Below, one piece after another: positions 1 to 16,055 of a DNA stretch of 64,000 nucleotides. Each line of letters opens with the position of its first letter. Within the stretch, counting starts at the first letter, position 1. The stretch comes from the human T2T-CHM13v2.0 reference genome, Homo sapiens. The notes beneath the pieces were generated by a model. The model ran no database searches and had not been told where the DNA came from. It worked only from the letters and a program-made list of their open reading frames with translations. The translations under genes were made by a program, and so were the position numbers. The stretch lies in NCBI RefSeq assembly GCF_009914755.1, contig NC_060931.1; one strand, written 5' to 3'.

Positions 1-3965
<3,965 letters not shown>

Positions 3966-4012
3966 TTTAAAACAAAACATTAAATGTGAACAAATACAAG
4001 ATCAAGTGTACA

Positions 4013-4303
4013 TTTTTTTTTTTTTAAGACAGGGTCTCACTCTGTTGCCCGGGCTGGAGTGCCGTGGTGCAATCTCAGCTCACTGCAACCTCTGCCTCCT
4101 AAATTCAAGCGATTCTCCTGCCTCAGCCTCCTGAGTAGCTAGGATTACAGGTGCGCACCACCATGCCTGGCTAATTTTTGTATTTTTAGTAGAGATGGTT
4201 TCACCATGCTGCCCAGGTTGGTCTCAAACTCCTGACCTCAAGTGATCCGTCTGCCTTGGCATCCCAAAGTGCTGGGATTACAGGCGTGAGCCACGACCCA
4301 GCC
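4013..4303 (-). mobile_element. AluS
   Basis: Poly-T followed by reverse Alu; TSD aagtgtaca. Confidence 0.95.
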
Positions 4304-4323
4304 AAGTGTACAGTTTTATAGTG

Positions 4324-5512
4324 TAGTCACATGGCACACTGCACTATGAAATGTGATGTTTCAGTCAATGATGCAGGAATATCTGATGGTGGTCCCATAA
4401 CATTATAATGGAACTGAAAAATTCTTATTGCCTAGTGGAATCATGGCCATTGTAACACTCTAGTGCAATGCATTACTCACGTGTTTGTGGTGGTGATGGT
4501 GTAAACAAACCTACTATGCTGCCAGTCACATAAAAGTCTAGCACATACATTATATACAGGACATAATACTTGATAATAATAAACTATGTTAATGGTTTAT
4601 GTATTTACTAAACTTTTAAATCATTATTTAAGTGTATTCCTTTTACTTATTAAAAAATAACTGTAGAATAGCTCAGGCAGATCCTTCAGGAATTATTTCA
4701 GAAGGCACTATTATTACAGATGACAGCTGTATGCATGTAATTACCCTTGAAGACCTTCCAGTGGGACAAAATGTGGAGGTAGAAGACAGTGATATTGATG
4801 GTCCTGACTTTGTGTAGGCCTAGACTAATGTGTGTATGTTTGTGTCTTAGGTTTTAACAAAGAAGTTTAAAAATTAAAAAAACGAATGAATACTTTTAAA
4901 AATAGAGACAAGCTCATAGAATAAGGATATAAAGAAAATACTTTTGTACAATTGTACAATACGTTTTGTGTTTTAAGTTAAATGTTTTACAAAAGAACCT
5001 GTTTTTAAAAATTAAGAAGTTTATAAAGTAAAAATGTTACAGTAAGCTAAGGTTAATTTATTATTGAAGGAAAGTATTTAAAAATAAATTTAGTGTAGCC
5101 TAAGTGCACAGTGTTTATAATGTCTACAGTAGTATACAGCAATGTCTTAGGCTTTCATATTTACTAGCCACTTACTCACTGATTCACCCAGAGCAACTTC
5201 CAGTCCTGCAAGCTTCATTCATGGTAAGTGTCCTATACAGGTGTACCATTTTTACCTTTTATATTGTATTTTTACTGTACCTTTTGTATGTTTAGATATG
5301 TTTTGATACAAATACCATTGTCTTACTTGCCCAAAATATTCAGTACAGTAACATGCTGTACAGGGTAGTCTAGGAGTACCATAAAGTCTAGATGTGTAGC
5401 AGGCTATACCTCTAGGTTTGTTTAAATACACTCTATGATGTTTGCACAATGACAGAATTGCTTAACGATGGATTCTCAGAATGTATCCCCGTCTTTAAGT
5501 GATGCAGGACTG
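4324..5512 (-). mobile_element. Tigger3b-like DNA transposon (TcMar-Tigger), about 1.2 kb
   Basis: Terminus ...ctcagaatgtatccccgtctttaagtgatgcaggactg and internal sequence match Tigger3 as recalled. Confidence 0.8.
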
Positions 5513-5839
5513 CATTTACTATTTTTAAATATTTTAATTTGCAAATATTTATAAAGTATTCATTCTTACACTTTATAACCTTATGTTTGCTGTTTATCAA
5601 AAATGTGATAAACTTGATCATATTAATGGTCTTCTAATTCCAAATTTACTATCTTACATGAAAACTATCCTTACTAATACCAGATTTTAAAACTCTCTTA
5701 ATTTCTCTTTAAATTCAGCAGTTTTTTTTTTTTCAATATCTACAATTAAACTTGTTTTCAAACTTAGGTTGTAGAGTAGGCATTTTATAGTTGGTTTTTT
5801 CATAATCCATTTTTGTTAATATGCCAATTTTTTACCTCT

Positions 5840-6535
5840 TGAAATCTTGGAATTTTGGGGCTTGAAATTGTACATATCATTGAATTTTTATGTATATACT
5901 CAAGCAACTCCTGGCCAGATCAGGATAAAATATTTCCAGTATCCTTTATTCTTTCCCAGTCAATACCTACTTCTCAGACCTAGCCACTACCATCACTTCT
6001 ATAAGTTTTGCCATAAATAAGTTTTCCCTATTTTGAACTTATGTATAAATTCATAATATGGTATGTACAAAATTTTGTGTTTGGCTTCTTTTGCTCAGTA
6101 TTATATCTGTCCGTTTTGCCCATGTTTTTGTGTGTAGTCATAGTTTGTTCTTTTTTATTACTATGCAATATTCCATTGTCCAACTATTGTGTTATTTATC
6201 TGTTGCAGTTTTGGGCTATTAATAAACCTACTGTGAACATTCCTGTACATGTCTTTCTGGGGAAGTGTGAACTCATTTCTCTAGGGCATATATTCAGAAG
6301 AACTGCTGGGTCATCAAGAAAACATGTTTAGTTTTAATAGATACTGCCAAATGGTTTTCCAAAATGGTTTTTCCACTCTGTGGTTTAAACTAGTAATGTA
6401 TGAGTTTCAAGTACTTTATCCCTACTACCACTTGGTGTCATTCTTTTTAAATTTTAGTCTTTTTGATGAGTGTGTAATGGTATATTTCATGGTGGTTTTA
6501 ATTTACATTTCCCTACTGACTAATGCTGTTGACCA
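5840..6535 (-). mobile_element. Ancient L1M (L1ME-like) 3' fragment
   Basis: Reverse L1 3' motifs (ttttgggctatt...gaacattcctgtacatgtc; gtggttttaatttacatttccc). Confidence 0.7.
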
Positions 6536-6599
6536 TCCTCTGGGCCAAATTTGGCCCATGGGTTGAAGGATGCTGACCTGTGTATGCTCTTGCCTAGCC

Positions 6600-7790
6600 T
6601 CACTGGCCACTCTTTAATTTCCTTTCCTGATTCTTCCTGTCTCCCTTCCTTTGAATTTTGGTATCCTAGGACCTACCCTTCTTCTTTGTCTACATTATTC
6701 CCTTAGGGATCCAGTCAGGTCTTCTTATCTCTAAAGTGACAACATCCAAATTTTTAACTTCTGCCTGTGTCTCTCTCCTCTGAATTTCTGACTAAAATAC
6801 TCTGATTATTAGAAATTACTCCCTTCTCATCTCTCCTAATTGTTTTTGTCTTCTCAGAGACTTCCTTCTTTCGGTAAATGGCAACTCCATTCTTCTGGTT
6901 GCTCAAGCCAAAAAACTTAAAGTTATCTTTGACTATTGCTTTTCACTTAGAACTCACACTCAACCTGTTAAGTAAATCCTATTGGTTATATCTTAAAAAT
7001 GTGTCTTGAACTCAACTGCTTTCATTTTCCAATGTTAATTCAAGCTACCATCATCTTGCACCTGGAATATTGCAGCAGCCTCCTAACTAGTCTCACAGCA
7101 TCCACACTGGTGCCTCTAGTCCATTTAAAAATAACAGTACAGGCCGGGTGCAGTGGCTCACGCCTGTAATCCCAGCACTTTGGGAGGCTGAGGCGGGCGG
7201 ATCACAAGGTCAGGAGTTCAAGACCAGCCTGGTCAATATGGTGAAACCCCGTCTCTACTAAAAATGCGAAAAAAAATTAGCCAGGTGTGGTGGCAGGCAC
7301 CTGCAATCCCAGCTACTTGGGAGGCTGCGGCAGAATTGCTGAACCCAGGAGGCAGAGGTTTCAGTGAGCCGAGATCATGCCACTGCACTCCAGCCTGGGT
7401 GACACAGCAAGACTCCATCTCAAAAAATAAAAATAAAAAAAACCACACTTTATTGCTATAGTGATATTTGTACCTCATGGATTTTGTTCTGGAATAGTTT
7501 ACCCCCAGATATCTGTATGGCTTACTCTCTAATCCTTTATGTTCTCAAACGTTCTGAAGTTTGAGACATCTTCCCTGACCACTCAAAGTACTACTTCTAC
7601 CCTGCACTTCCTATTTCCTTTTGTCTTGTCTTCATAGCACTTATCACATCTAATATCTTATGCTTTATCTGTTGGTTTATTTCCATTAGAAGTTCCATGA
7701 GGGCAGGGATAATTGATTTCCCAACATCTAGAAAAAATGCCTGACACATAAGTGCTCAGTAAATATGTGAGTGAATGAATGCATGAGTGC
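6600..7790 (-). mobile_element. L2 fragments split by an Alu
   Basis: L2 motifs (gcagcctcctaactagtctc; gttccatgagggcaggg; ctcagtaaatatgtgagtgaatgaatg). Confidence 0.7.
7142..7442 (+). mobile_element. AluS (Sg-like)
   Basis: Full dimeric Alu with A-rich tail. Confidence 0.95.
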
Positions 7791-7990
7791 TGGAAAGAGC
7801 ATGGGACTTGAAGTTAAACTGATTGGATTAAAATCCCAGCTTTCTTATTAGCAGTGTGAATTTCAACAATTTACTTCAACTGTCTCTGAAACTCATTTTC
7901 TGTAAAATAGGAATATATATCTCATGGCCCTGGCCTATGAATTAAATGTAACATTTATGAAGTGTTTGCCATATATTAGGCATTCAAATG
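7791..7990 (+). mobile_element. MIR
   Basis: MIR core (aatcccagct...ttacttcaactgtctctgaaactcattttctgtaaaatagg). Confidence 0.6.
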
Positions 7991-8507
7991 GTAATCTGTC
8001 CATCTCTGTCCTGAGCCTAAGAAACCATAATAGTTCTTTACAGTATAATCAGTTTATTTTTGAGCAATACTTTTTTTTTCAAAAGAAAAAGTTGCAGAAA
8101 TGTAAGTTGGAAGTCACAATGCAGTTTTTTTTTCAAAAGCAATTTGGAAAAAATAATTTATGAAATAAATGTCAATATATAAATACTGTAATAACCCAAT
8201 AGGGAAAAATAGATGTATTTTAAAATGAACTGTGAAACTACAGTACGCAGAATACGGGGCTTTTAATTCTTTTCTCAGAAAGCAAAAAATATTTCAAGTG
8301 TGTTTAAAATAACTGAGTAAAAAAAAAAAGAACCCAAACAATTAAGATAGGAAATAATAAAGGTGAAAATGAAATAAAATTTTTAAAATGTAGTTGACCA
8401 ATAAACGCAAAAGCTGATTATTTGAAAATATTAACAAAATTAATAAATCTCTGCCTAGATTATCAGGATTAAAAGAGCCTCACATTTGTAACTCTGTGAC
8501 ATTAGAC

Positions 8508-8731
8508 TGAGGTCTGTAAACTATAGGTTGGTGGGCCAAATCCAGGCAACACCTGTTTTTGTAAATAAAGTTCTATTGTACCAAAGCCACATTCATTCAT
8601 TTATGTACTGTATATAGCTGCTTTTGTGCTATAACAGCAGAGTTAAGAAATTTTGACAGAGACCACATGTCCTGCAAAGTCTAAAATATTTACTATCTGG
8701 ACCTTTACAAAAAAAATGTTTGCTGACCTCT
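8508..8731. mobile_element. MER58A-like hAT-Charlie MITE
   Basis: gggccaaatcc...tttgtaaataaagtt...aaaatatttactatctggacctttac...tttgctgacc. Confidence 0.8.
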
Positions 8732-10561
8732 TAACTAGAGGAAACCCAGTATGCAAGTTCTTTTTAAAAAATGATTCTATTTCCCAGGGAAATAAGAAGC
8801 ATAGCCATCATTTTAAGAATGAGATGTGGAGGTCTCAGAAGTTTGAGGAAAGAGCAGCGCGAAATAGTTATCTGGTAAAAAGGTTACTGAATGTATCAGA
8901 GAAATGTAGTAAGTGTATCAGAGAAATGTACTAAGACTGACAAAGAGCACTAAACACATCACTTAAGGATAGTGGCAAGATGGGACAAGTAAGCATGCTT
9001 CTCTTTGAAAGATACTTACATCCTCAAAATAGATTATTTGTGTTCCAGAGTTGGTTCTAAAGATATAGGACCATTTTCTAATTCAGATTAATTAAAAATT
9101 AAATACCAACTAATTTTAAAAAAGGTTTACTACTTTCAAGTGCATAGAATTAAAACTCAGTTGACAACATTTGTATCTGTGGTTCAGGGAAGTCTCTAAG
9201 GGAGACTTACTTTAAATCCTCTTCTTGTTTGAAGAAGAGAAGAAAAATGATTTATACTGAGTTATGTGTTACAAAAGAATGGATATTCCAGAAGCAATAA
9301 ATGCCTCCCTTCCCGCAAAAAGCACTGTAATCAGGTGAAATAATCAGAGTAGGAAGAGACTTATGCTCTAGATGAAATAACCAATTTTAAATTACAAGAA
9401 AAATAATAATTCTATTGATACTTTACCCATAGAAATAACTTCACTAATCACAACAATGCTGCTGTACTTATTCTCAATCTGTAATCTAAAAATCACACTG
9501 TGTCATGGAAATGAAAAATCACCATTTTATGGACTTCTGTGACAAATCCTTTTGGAAAGCAAATATTTTATAAATTCACATCTTCACAGTTTGTCCTAAT
9601 ATTTGCGAGATGGTTTGGTTTTGTCAGAAGAAAAAAAATAGTGACCTACCCAGCCAATAGAAGAAATATCATTATCTTTAAGATGAACTGAGGTGAAAAA
9701 GACAATCATAAATAGATAATCTGATAGTATGTCATTTTCTGAGAGTGCTTTTTAAAATTTTTTTTTTTTTAAAAAGGAAACTAAAACTAAGATTTATTAA
9801 ATGTTTTCTATTTACCCAAGCACTGTGCTGACTGGGAGTGAAACACTGTATGTGTTAAAAGAAGTACCTTTAGAACTTCTAAGACTCATTTAAATGAGGA
9901 AATATCAGCAAAAAAATATGCCTTGCTATTTAGCAGTTAGGTTAAAATATGGCCAATTCTCAAGAAAAGAATGATTGAAATCTTGTAGTTTTGGTATAAG
10001 CAAGAGCAGAAACTGCTACTAATTATAGATCCTTATAATGTTCTTCCTTTCCACAATTCTTTATCTGTGCTTTGTTTACTTCTCAAACAACTGTAGATCA
10101 ACTGCATCTGTTTAAGTATGGCACTAAGTCAGGCAAGATTTAAGTACTATATTCTCTGCTAAATTGGGCCTGCCATTTTATTAACTTCACTTTAAAAATC
10201 TGAAAATCATTAGTTTGATTTTGAAAAATAAATCTTACTTTAGATATGATAAATAATATGTCAAATGCCATTCACTTTTATAACATTCCTAAGAATGTTA
10301 TATAGTATGTATGTTCCCCAAAGTATTTTACATAAAAAATTCCAATGTACTTTGTACTTTCAACACCAGTCTCTAATTTTTTGCTGTTTTAATTTGTATT
10401 TAAAATACTTTTCCTAAGGATTTAATCCACAATTCAAAACTTTAACATTTTACCTTTATCCTTTGTATTCTCTCAGATACTTTCAAAATTAATAATTTCC
10501 TCATAATGTAATATAACAAAAAAATCCAATAAAAATCCATATTATGTAATAATGGAGGGGG

Positions 10562-10935
10562 AAAAAAGAAACAAAAGAAAGCTCAATTTATGAACACTTT
10601 ACAAATCCTGTACGATTCACTGACAAATGAACACACTTTAAAAAATGTCAAAGATATTAGATATAACTTTAATTTTGAATGTGATTTAGATACGATCAAA
10701 CCAAAAAATTACTTATACTTTACTACCTAATCACAATTAACATAAACATAACAAATTGTATTTATAAGTCAAAGTAACAAACCACTTTTTAAAAAAAAAC
10801 TCCACATTGTCAAAATTTTTCCTATGGAATATTGGCAAAGAATGTAAAGTTATATTGTGCTGCAAACAGTTAAAAGCAATGATTTTTGGATGGTTCAATA
10901 AGATGTGTATATATAACTTAAAACAAATATTTGGA
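10562..10935 (-). other. ASZ1: ASZ1 3' UTR (approximate end)
   Basis: Follows the stop codon; candidate poly(A) signals ATTAAA (10668-10673) and CATAAA (10587-10592), the latter followed by a U-rich tract. Confidence 0.65.
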
Positions 10936-11088
10936 TTATTTCCTCTGGAAAGTTAGCTTGCAAATGAAAAGAAGAAAACCGAATCCGCATATGGTAATAG
11001 CTGTCCTCTTCAAAATTCTACTATTCCATGTAGATACTTCTTCCCTTAATTGTATATGAGTTGGATCATTTTCCCGTTCATTTTGCAA
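10936..11088 (-). CDS. ASZ1: ASZ1 last coding exon 13: [50 protein letters not shown], with C-terminal membrane anchor
   Basis: Acceptor tattag|TTG, TAA at 10936-10938; hydrophobic segment flanked by KR and QRK, typical of a mitochondrial tail anchor. Confidence 0.96.
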   Translation of the reverse strand: MQNERENDPTHIQLREEVSTWNSRILKRTAITICGFGFLLFICKLTFQRK

Positions 11089-11695
11089 CTAATATTTAGT
11101 ATGGAAAAAGAAAAGAGGAGTTACTGTACAATACATTAATAAAACATTTTGATTTTAAAAAATATCATAATATCCATGTTAATTCATTTCACTTGATTTA
11201 GATGTAGGCAACTCAAGATTCCCATGGAAGATTTAAAGTAAACATATATGTCTGAAAGACAGTCTTTCATTAGAATCCCATTACTGTAAATCATTAGTTT
11301 TACATTAAAAATACATGCTTTCATAGATGATCACATTTTAAAATGGTGTTTTTAATGTCACGAGACAAAGTAACTTTAAATTTAAAGTTTCTGTTTTACT
11401 TATAAGGAATGACAATTGATATTGATTTGCTTGTGCATTAAATATCAATTAACGTCTTACAAAAAAGTGAATCATTATTATAGCAAACCTAAAACATGAA
11501 ATTTAGCAAAAACGAGAAGATCAGATGCTACTGGTAGAAACTTAATTTATTTAAATAGAATTGCAGTAACAAATGTCAACAAAAACTTAAGTGGTTCTTT
11601 TAGTAATTCTCAGCAATGAAAGTACAGTACCCAGTCAGTTTCTAACTTCCCAGATGCAAATTTCTTGCTTAAGAAGCTCCCTTCTCCCCTACCTA

Positions 11696-11751
11696 CTGTG
11701 TGTGTGTGCCCACTCTGTGTGTATCTGTGTGTGTGTGTTTCTGTGAGAGAC

Positions 11752-11782
<31 letters not shown>

Positions 11783-11803
11783 AGGGGGAAGTGAGAGAGA
11801 GAG
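11696..11803. repeat. Compound (TG)n/(GA)n microsatellite in ASZ1 intron 12
   Basis: Direct inspection. Confidence 0.9.
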
Positions 11804-13319
11804 AAAAGACTTAAAGAGGGAGGGCTGAGAGGAGAGGGATGGCTTTTGGGGGTGGGGCAGGAGAGAAAATAAGCAGAAACCAAAGATCCTTGAAAGATAA
11901 AAAGAATCAGGCACATTTATAGAGTGATATTTACTAGAAACATCCTGTGCTGGAGTGATGACATAAATACTTTCAACATCAGCAGGAATAATGACTTCCA
12001 AATTCTACAGTGTAAATATTTAATTAAAAAGCTTGCAAAATTAATTTTAAATTTATAGCAGAAAACCAGACTCCAATGCCAATCTCATTAATACCATATT
12101 CTTGGTCTGACTTCCAAATGGCTTCATTCAGCAACAGATTCCTTTTTGACACTGATGCTCCATTTACTGAATCCTGAGACAGTCATTCCTTTTATTAATC
12201 AATTACTTAGAATGACCCTTTCTGACAGGAGCCTGTCAGTGTGTTGGCTTGAAAGAGAGTGATGTGGTGTTAAAGTCTAGCCTTGACCTCTCCCACCCTC
12301 TCTCTGTTACCTCCATACACTTATCTGTGATAACTTATGTTTCTTAAAAAAAAATCCCTTCAATTATTATTGGTAAACTCTGAAATAATATAAGCTTAAC
12401 AGGCATGATAGCATATTTCCAAATCTGGAAGCCTTCATAATTCCCTAAATCAAATCTCATTATGATGATTACTACTTGTACAAGACTAATCTGAAAAAAC
12501 CAACCCAATAGCTTGCTCCAAAATTTAAGACTTTCTTGCCCAAAGAACTGTATTTGCCATTATTATAAACTAATACATGTTTTCAAGGGTAGTTCTTATA
12601 TAGAAATGCATAAATTCTAAATAGAGAAGGGTCACGGGAAAAAGGTCTTCTATTTAGCCAAAGAACAATGAAAATTCTCTTAACAGGTATGCATTATTAA
12701 AATAAATATGGTACCTGATTGAATTGTGTATACTTTAGAGTCAGTTTCTATAGCAAAGTTTCTTAATTTCACTCATTTAACAAAAATATGGTTTTCTAAT
12801 TTCATTTTAATTCTATACACACACCCTTACCCCTCACCCCCATGTTTTTAGTTCATCTTGGAGAAACCAAATTAGTAAATAACCCTGAAGCAAATAGCTT
12901 TTAGGAAATTTCCTACACTAAACATTAAAGGCTGATGTTTTGCAAGAAGTATCTTTATACATATGCTTCTAAACTTCCCTGGGATACCCATGAAAAATGG
13001 CATGTTTAAGTAGGATCAGTTCCTTTCCTTTGATTCTTCTAGATGAGATATAATTTTTGGGTCATCAGCAAGTTCAGGATGTAGCTTGTGTAGCACAGGT
13101 GCCTGACATATAGCAGGCAGTCTTATGTTTGTTGAATGAATAAATGTCAGAGACAATACAATTTCTAAGATGCCTTTTTTCTTTGGAAATAAATTATTTT
13201 CTACAAGAATTCTGAAACATAGTGCTCATTTCCTCATTTAAAATGTTCTTTCCCAGCTATTATTTTGTATAATAGAATTTGCTTCACAACTTTCTTCTCA
13301 CTTTAAAAGACTCCTTTTG

Positions 13320-13639
<320 letters not shown>

Positions 13640-14689
13640 TTAATAGCTAGAATGACAATTTATTAATACTTGGAACATGTATACAATCTATTTTGAAGAA
13701 AAGAACTTTTTTGATAAAATATTAATGAAAATGTTAAATGAATTATGGGTTGAAGCTGTATAAATAATGTATAATCTATCCTTCAAATCAGATATTTCAC
13801 AAAAGCTTTATAGACATCAAATTTATGTATTAAACAGATAAAGAGCTCGGAAGTGAGCTCTTTAGTCGACTGGAAGTGTTTTTCTTTATTATCCATCTCC
13901 AACAAAGGTTCCCATTCCAACAGCTTAGATTTTGTTATAGCCAATTTTTTTTAAAGTGGAAAAATCACCTGTCCTTAAATACAGATATATATTATATATT
14001 TTTTCTATATTGTAAAAAACCAGAACCAAAGAAGTCCATACTCTTTAGAAAACAGTTAAATTATAAAAATATTACAGAGAGTCTGGACAATTACAGGGGT
14101 ATTTCATCCACAATCGTGTCTCTTTAACAGAACCAATAAATACTTCATTTATTTTATCTGTACATTTACATGTAAGTAATAACGTACAAATATAATTTCA
14201 TATCTTTAGCTGATATTTAATTTTCATTATTTTTTCAACTGCCTATTATAACAATTGGTATAGCATAATTTATTAAGTTGTTCTCCTAGTATAGAATACT
14301 TATGGTACATATAATTTGGGATAAAATACTATCAAAAGATACAAATATTTAATAGTATTTGGCACATCCTGCCAAACTGTTTTTGAAAGGGCTTGTGTTC
14401 TCACATAAGAATATCAGTTTGGTGAACTCTAAGTAGAAATTGGTAGTGATACATTTTTCCCTGCTAATTGAAAAGATAAAAATGACATATTCTTCTTTTA
14501 GTACGCATTTGCTTAATGGCCAACAAAGTCTGTTTCCTGTGTATATTTCTTCCTTTGGAAACTGTCCTTTTTCCCACTTGTCTAAGTGTTCCATTTGTTG
14601 CTCTTACCAGAACTGCTTCATTGTCTAACACCTTTTGCTGTAAATCATTTCCCTTCATTTTTCCCCTCCTTTTAATGTTAAATATATAC

Positions 14690-14803
14690 CTTTTGAATTA
14701 GGTCTTTTAGTTTGCAGACCTTTTCACTCAAATCTTCAACATTATTAACCAATTCTTCACAAACTGAAGTAAAATTCTGGGGAGAAGCCCATTCCAGTGT
14801 TAT
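14690..14803 (-). CDS. ASZ1: ASZ1 exon 12 (114 nt), coiled-coil/bZIP-like: [38 protein letters not shown]
   Basis: Acceptor taacag|ATA, donor AAG|gtata; heptad leucine/valine spacing. Confidence 0.95.
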
Positions 14804-15219
14804 CTGTTAATATTTTCAAAAGTTCAACATTAAATAATGGAAATAACTTTCTACAACTTTATATCCACAAAGATTATACAACATTCTTAAACATTAGATT
14901 ACATAATTGAAAGGCATTTTTTTGTTTAGGATAAATACTGACACCAAAAATAAGTAATTTTATAAAAATATAATCAAATGAGCTTGCCAAATGCATTTCC
15001 TGAATATATGTATATATAACTTTCTATATGGAGATTAATATTAGTAATAACATTTATGATGAACAAATCAGTTCATGAAGGTTTTAAAAATGATGATTCT
15101 CATATTAATTGATGTTATATAAAAATCACTGGAAAACAAGTGCATTAAAAAATTTTCACTAAGACAAACAGCTAAAACCTAATCACATGAAATAAGCTGC
15201 TTTTGCAGGCCACTTCCAC

Positions 15220-15564
15220 TTTTTCTTTCTTTTTTTTGAGAAAGTGTCTTGTTCTGTTGCCCAGGCTGGAGTGCAGTGGTGCAATCATGGCTCACTGCTG
15301 CCTCAACCTCTTGGGCTCAAGTGATCCTCCTGCCTCAGCCTCCTGAATAGCTAGGACCACAGGTGCATGCCATCATGCCCAGCTAATTTTCAGCTAGGAC
15401 TAGAGGCACATGCCATCATGCGCAGCTAATTTTTAAAAATTCTTTGTAGAGACAGGGTCTCACCATGCTGCTCAGGCTGGTCTCAAACTCCTGGCCTCAA
15501 GCAATTCTCCCACGTGGGCCTCCCAAAGTGTTGGGATTACGGATGTGAGCCACTATGCCCAGCC
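15220..15564 (-). mobile_element. AluJ with internal 43-bp tandem duplication
   Basis: Reverse AluJ; 15349-15390 is repeated at 15392-15433. Confidence 0.9.
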
Positions 15565-15949
15565 ACTTACACTCTTCCTATTCTAAATTTATTTAAAAAT
15601 ATTTTATTGATATGGTTTTTAAATAACACACTGTTTTATTTCCATTTTCACTTGGGTCTCCTGTCACTTTATATTTTAAAAAAGAACACATGGTAAATTC
15701 AATACACGGATCAGTTTAATTTTTGGTCTGACTCATTTTCTTTTTCTTGAAGGCAAGAATACAAAGTTTTAAAATCAGTATGTAAAGGAGTAATATTAAA
15801 CAAATTGACTTATTTAGATCTTATGTGATTTTGCAGAACAAACGATGTAATTTCAGCAAATCAATACTATTTATTGAATTATCATGAACTTATCTGGAAT
15901 GTTCTTCAGTGTTCATACTTTTCTTCACTTAATAACTTTTGTAGAATAC

Positions 15950-16055
15950 CTTTTGAGAATTTACAGGTAACTCAGTAATAACATTCTGTACAGCTGTTAT
16001 TAAATGGCCACACTGTTTATTTAATTTGAGAAGAAAGTTGAGGAACTCATCACCA
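15950..16055 (-). CDS. ASZ1: ASZ1 exon 11 (106 nt): [35 protein letters not shown]
   Basis: Acceptor cctttctttag|T, donor AAG|gtatt; phase matches exon 10. Confidence 0.95.
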
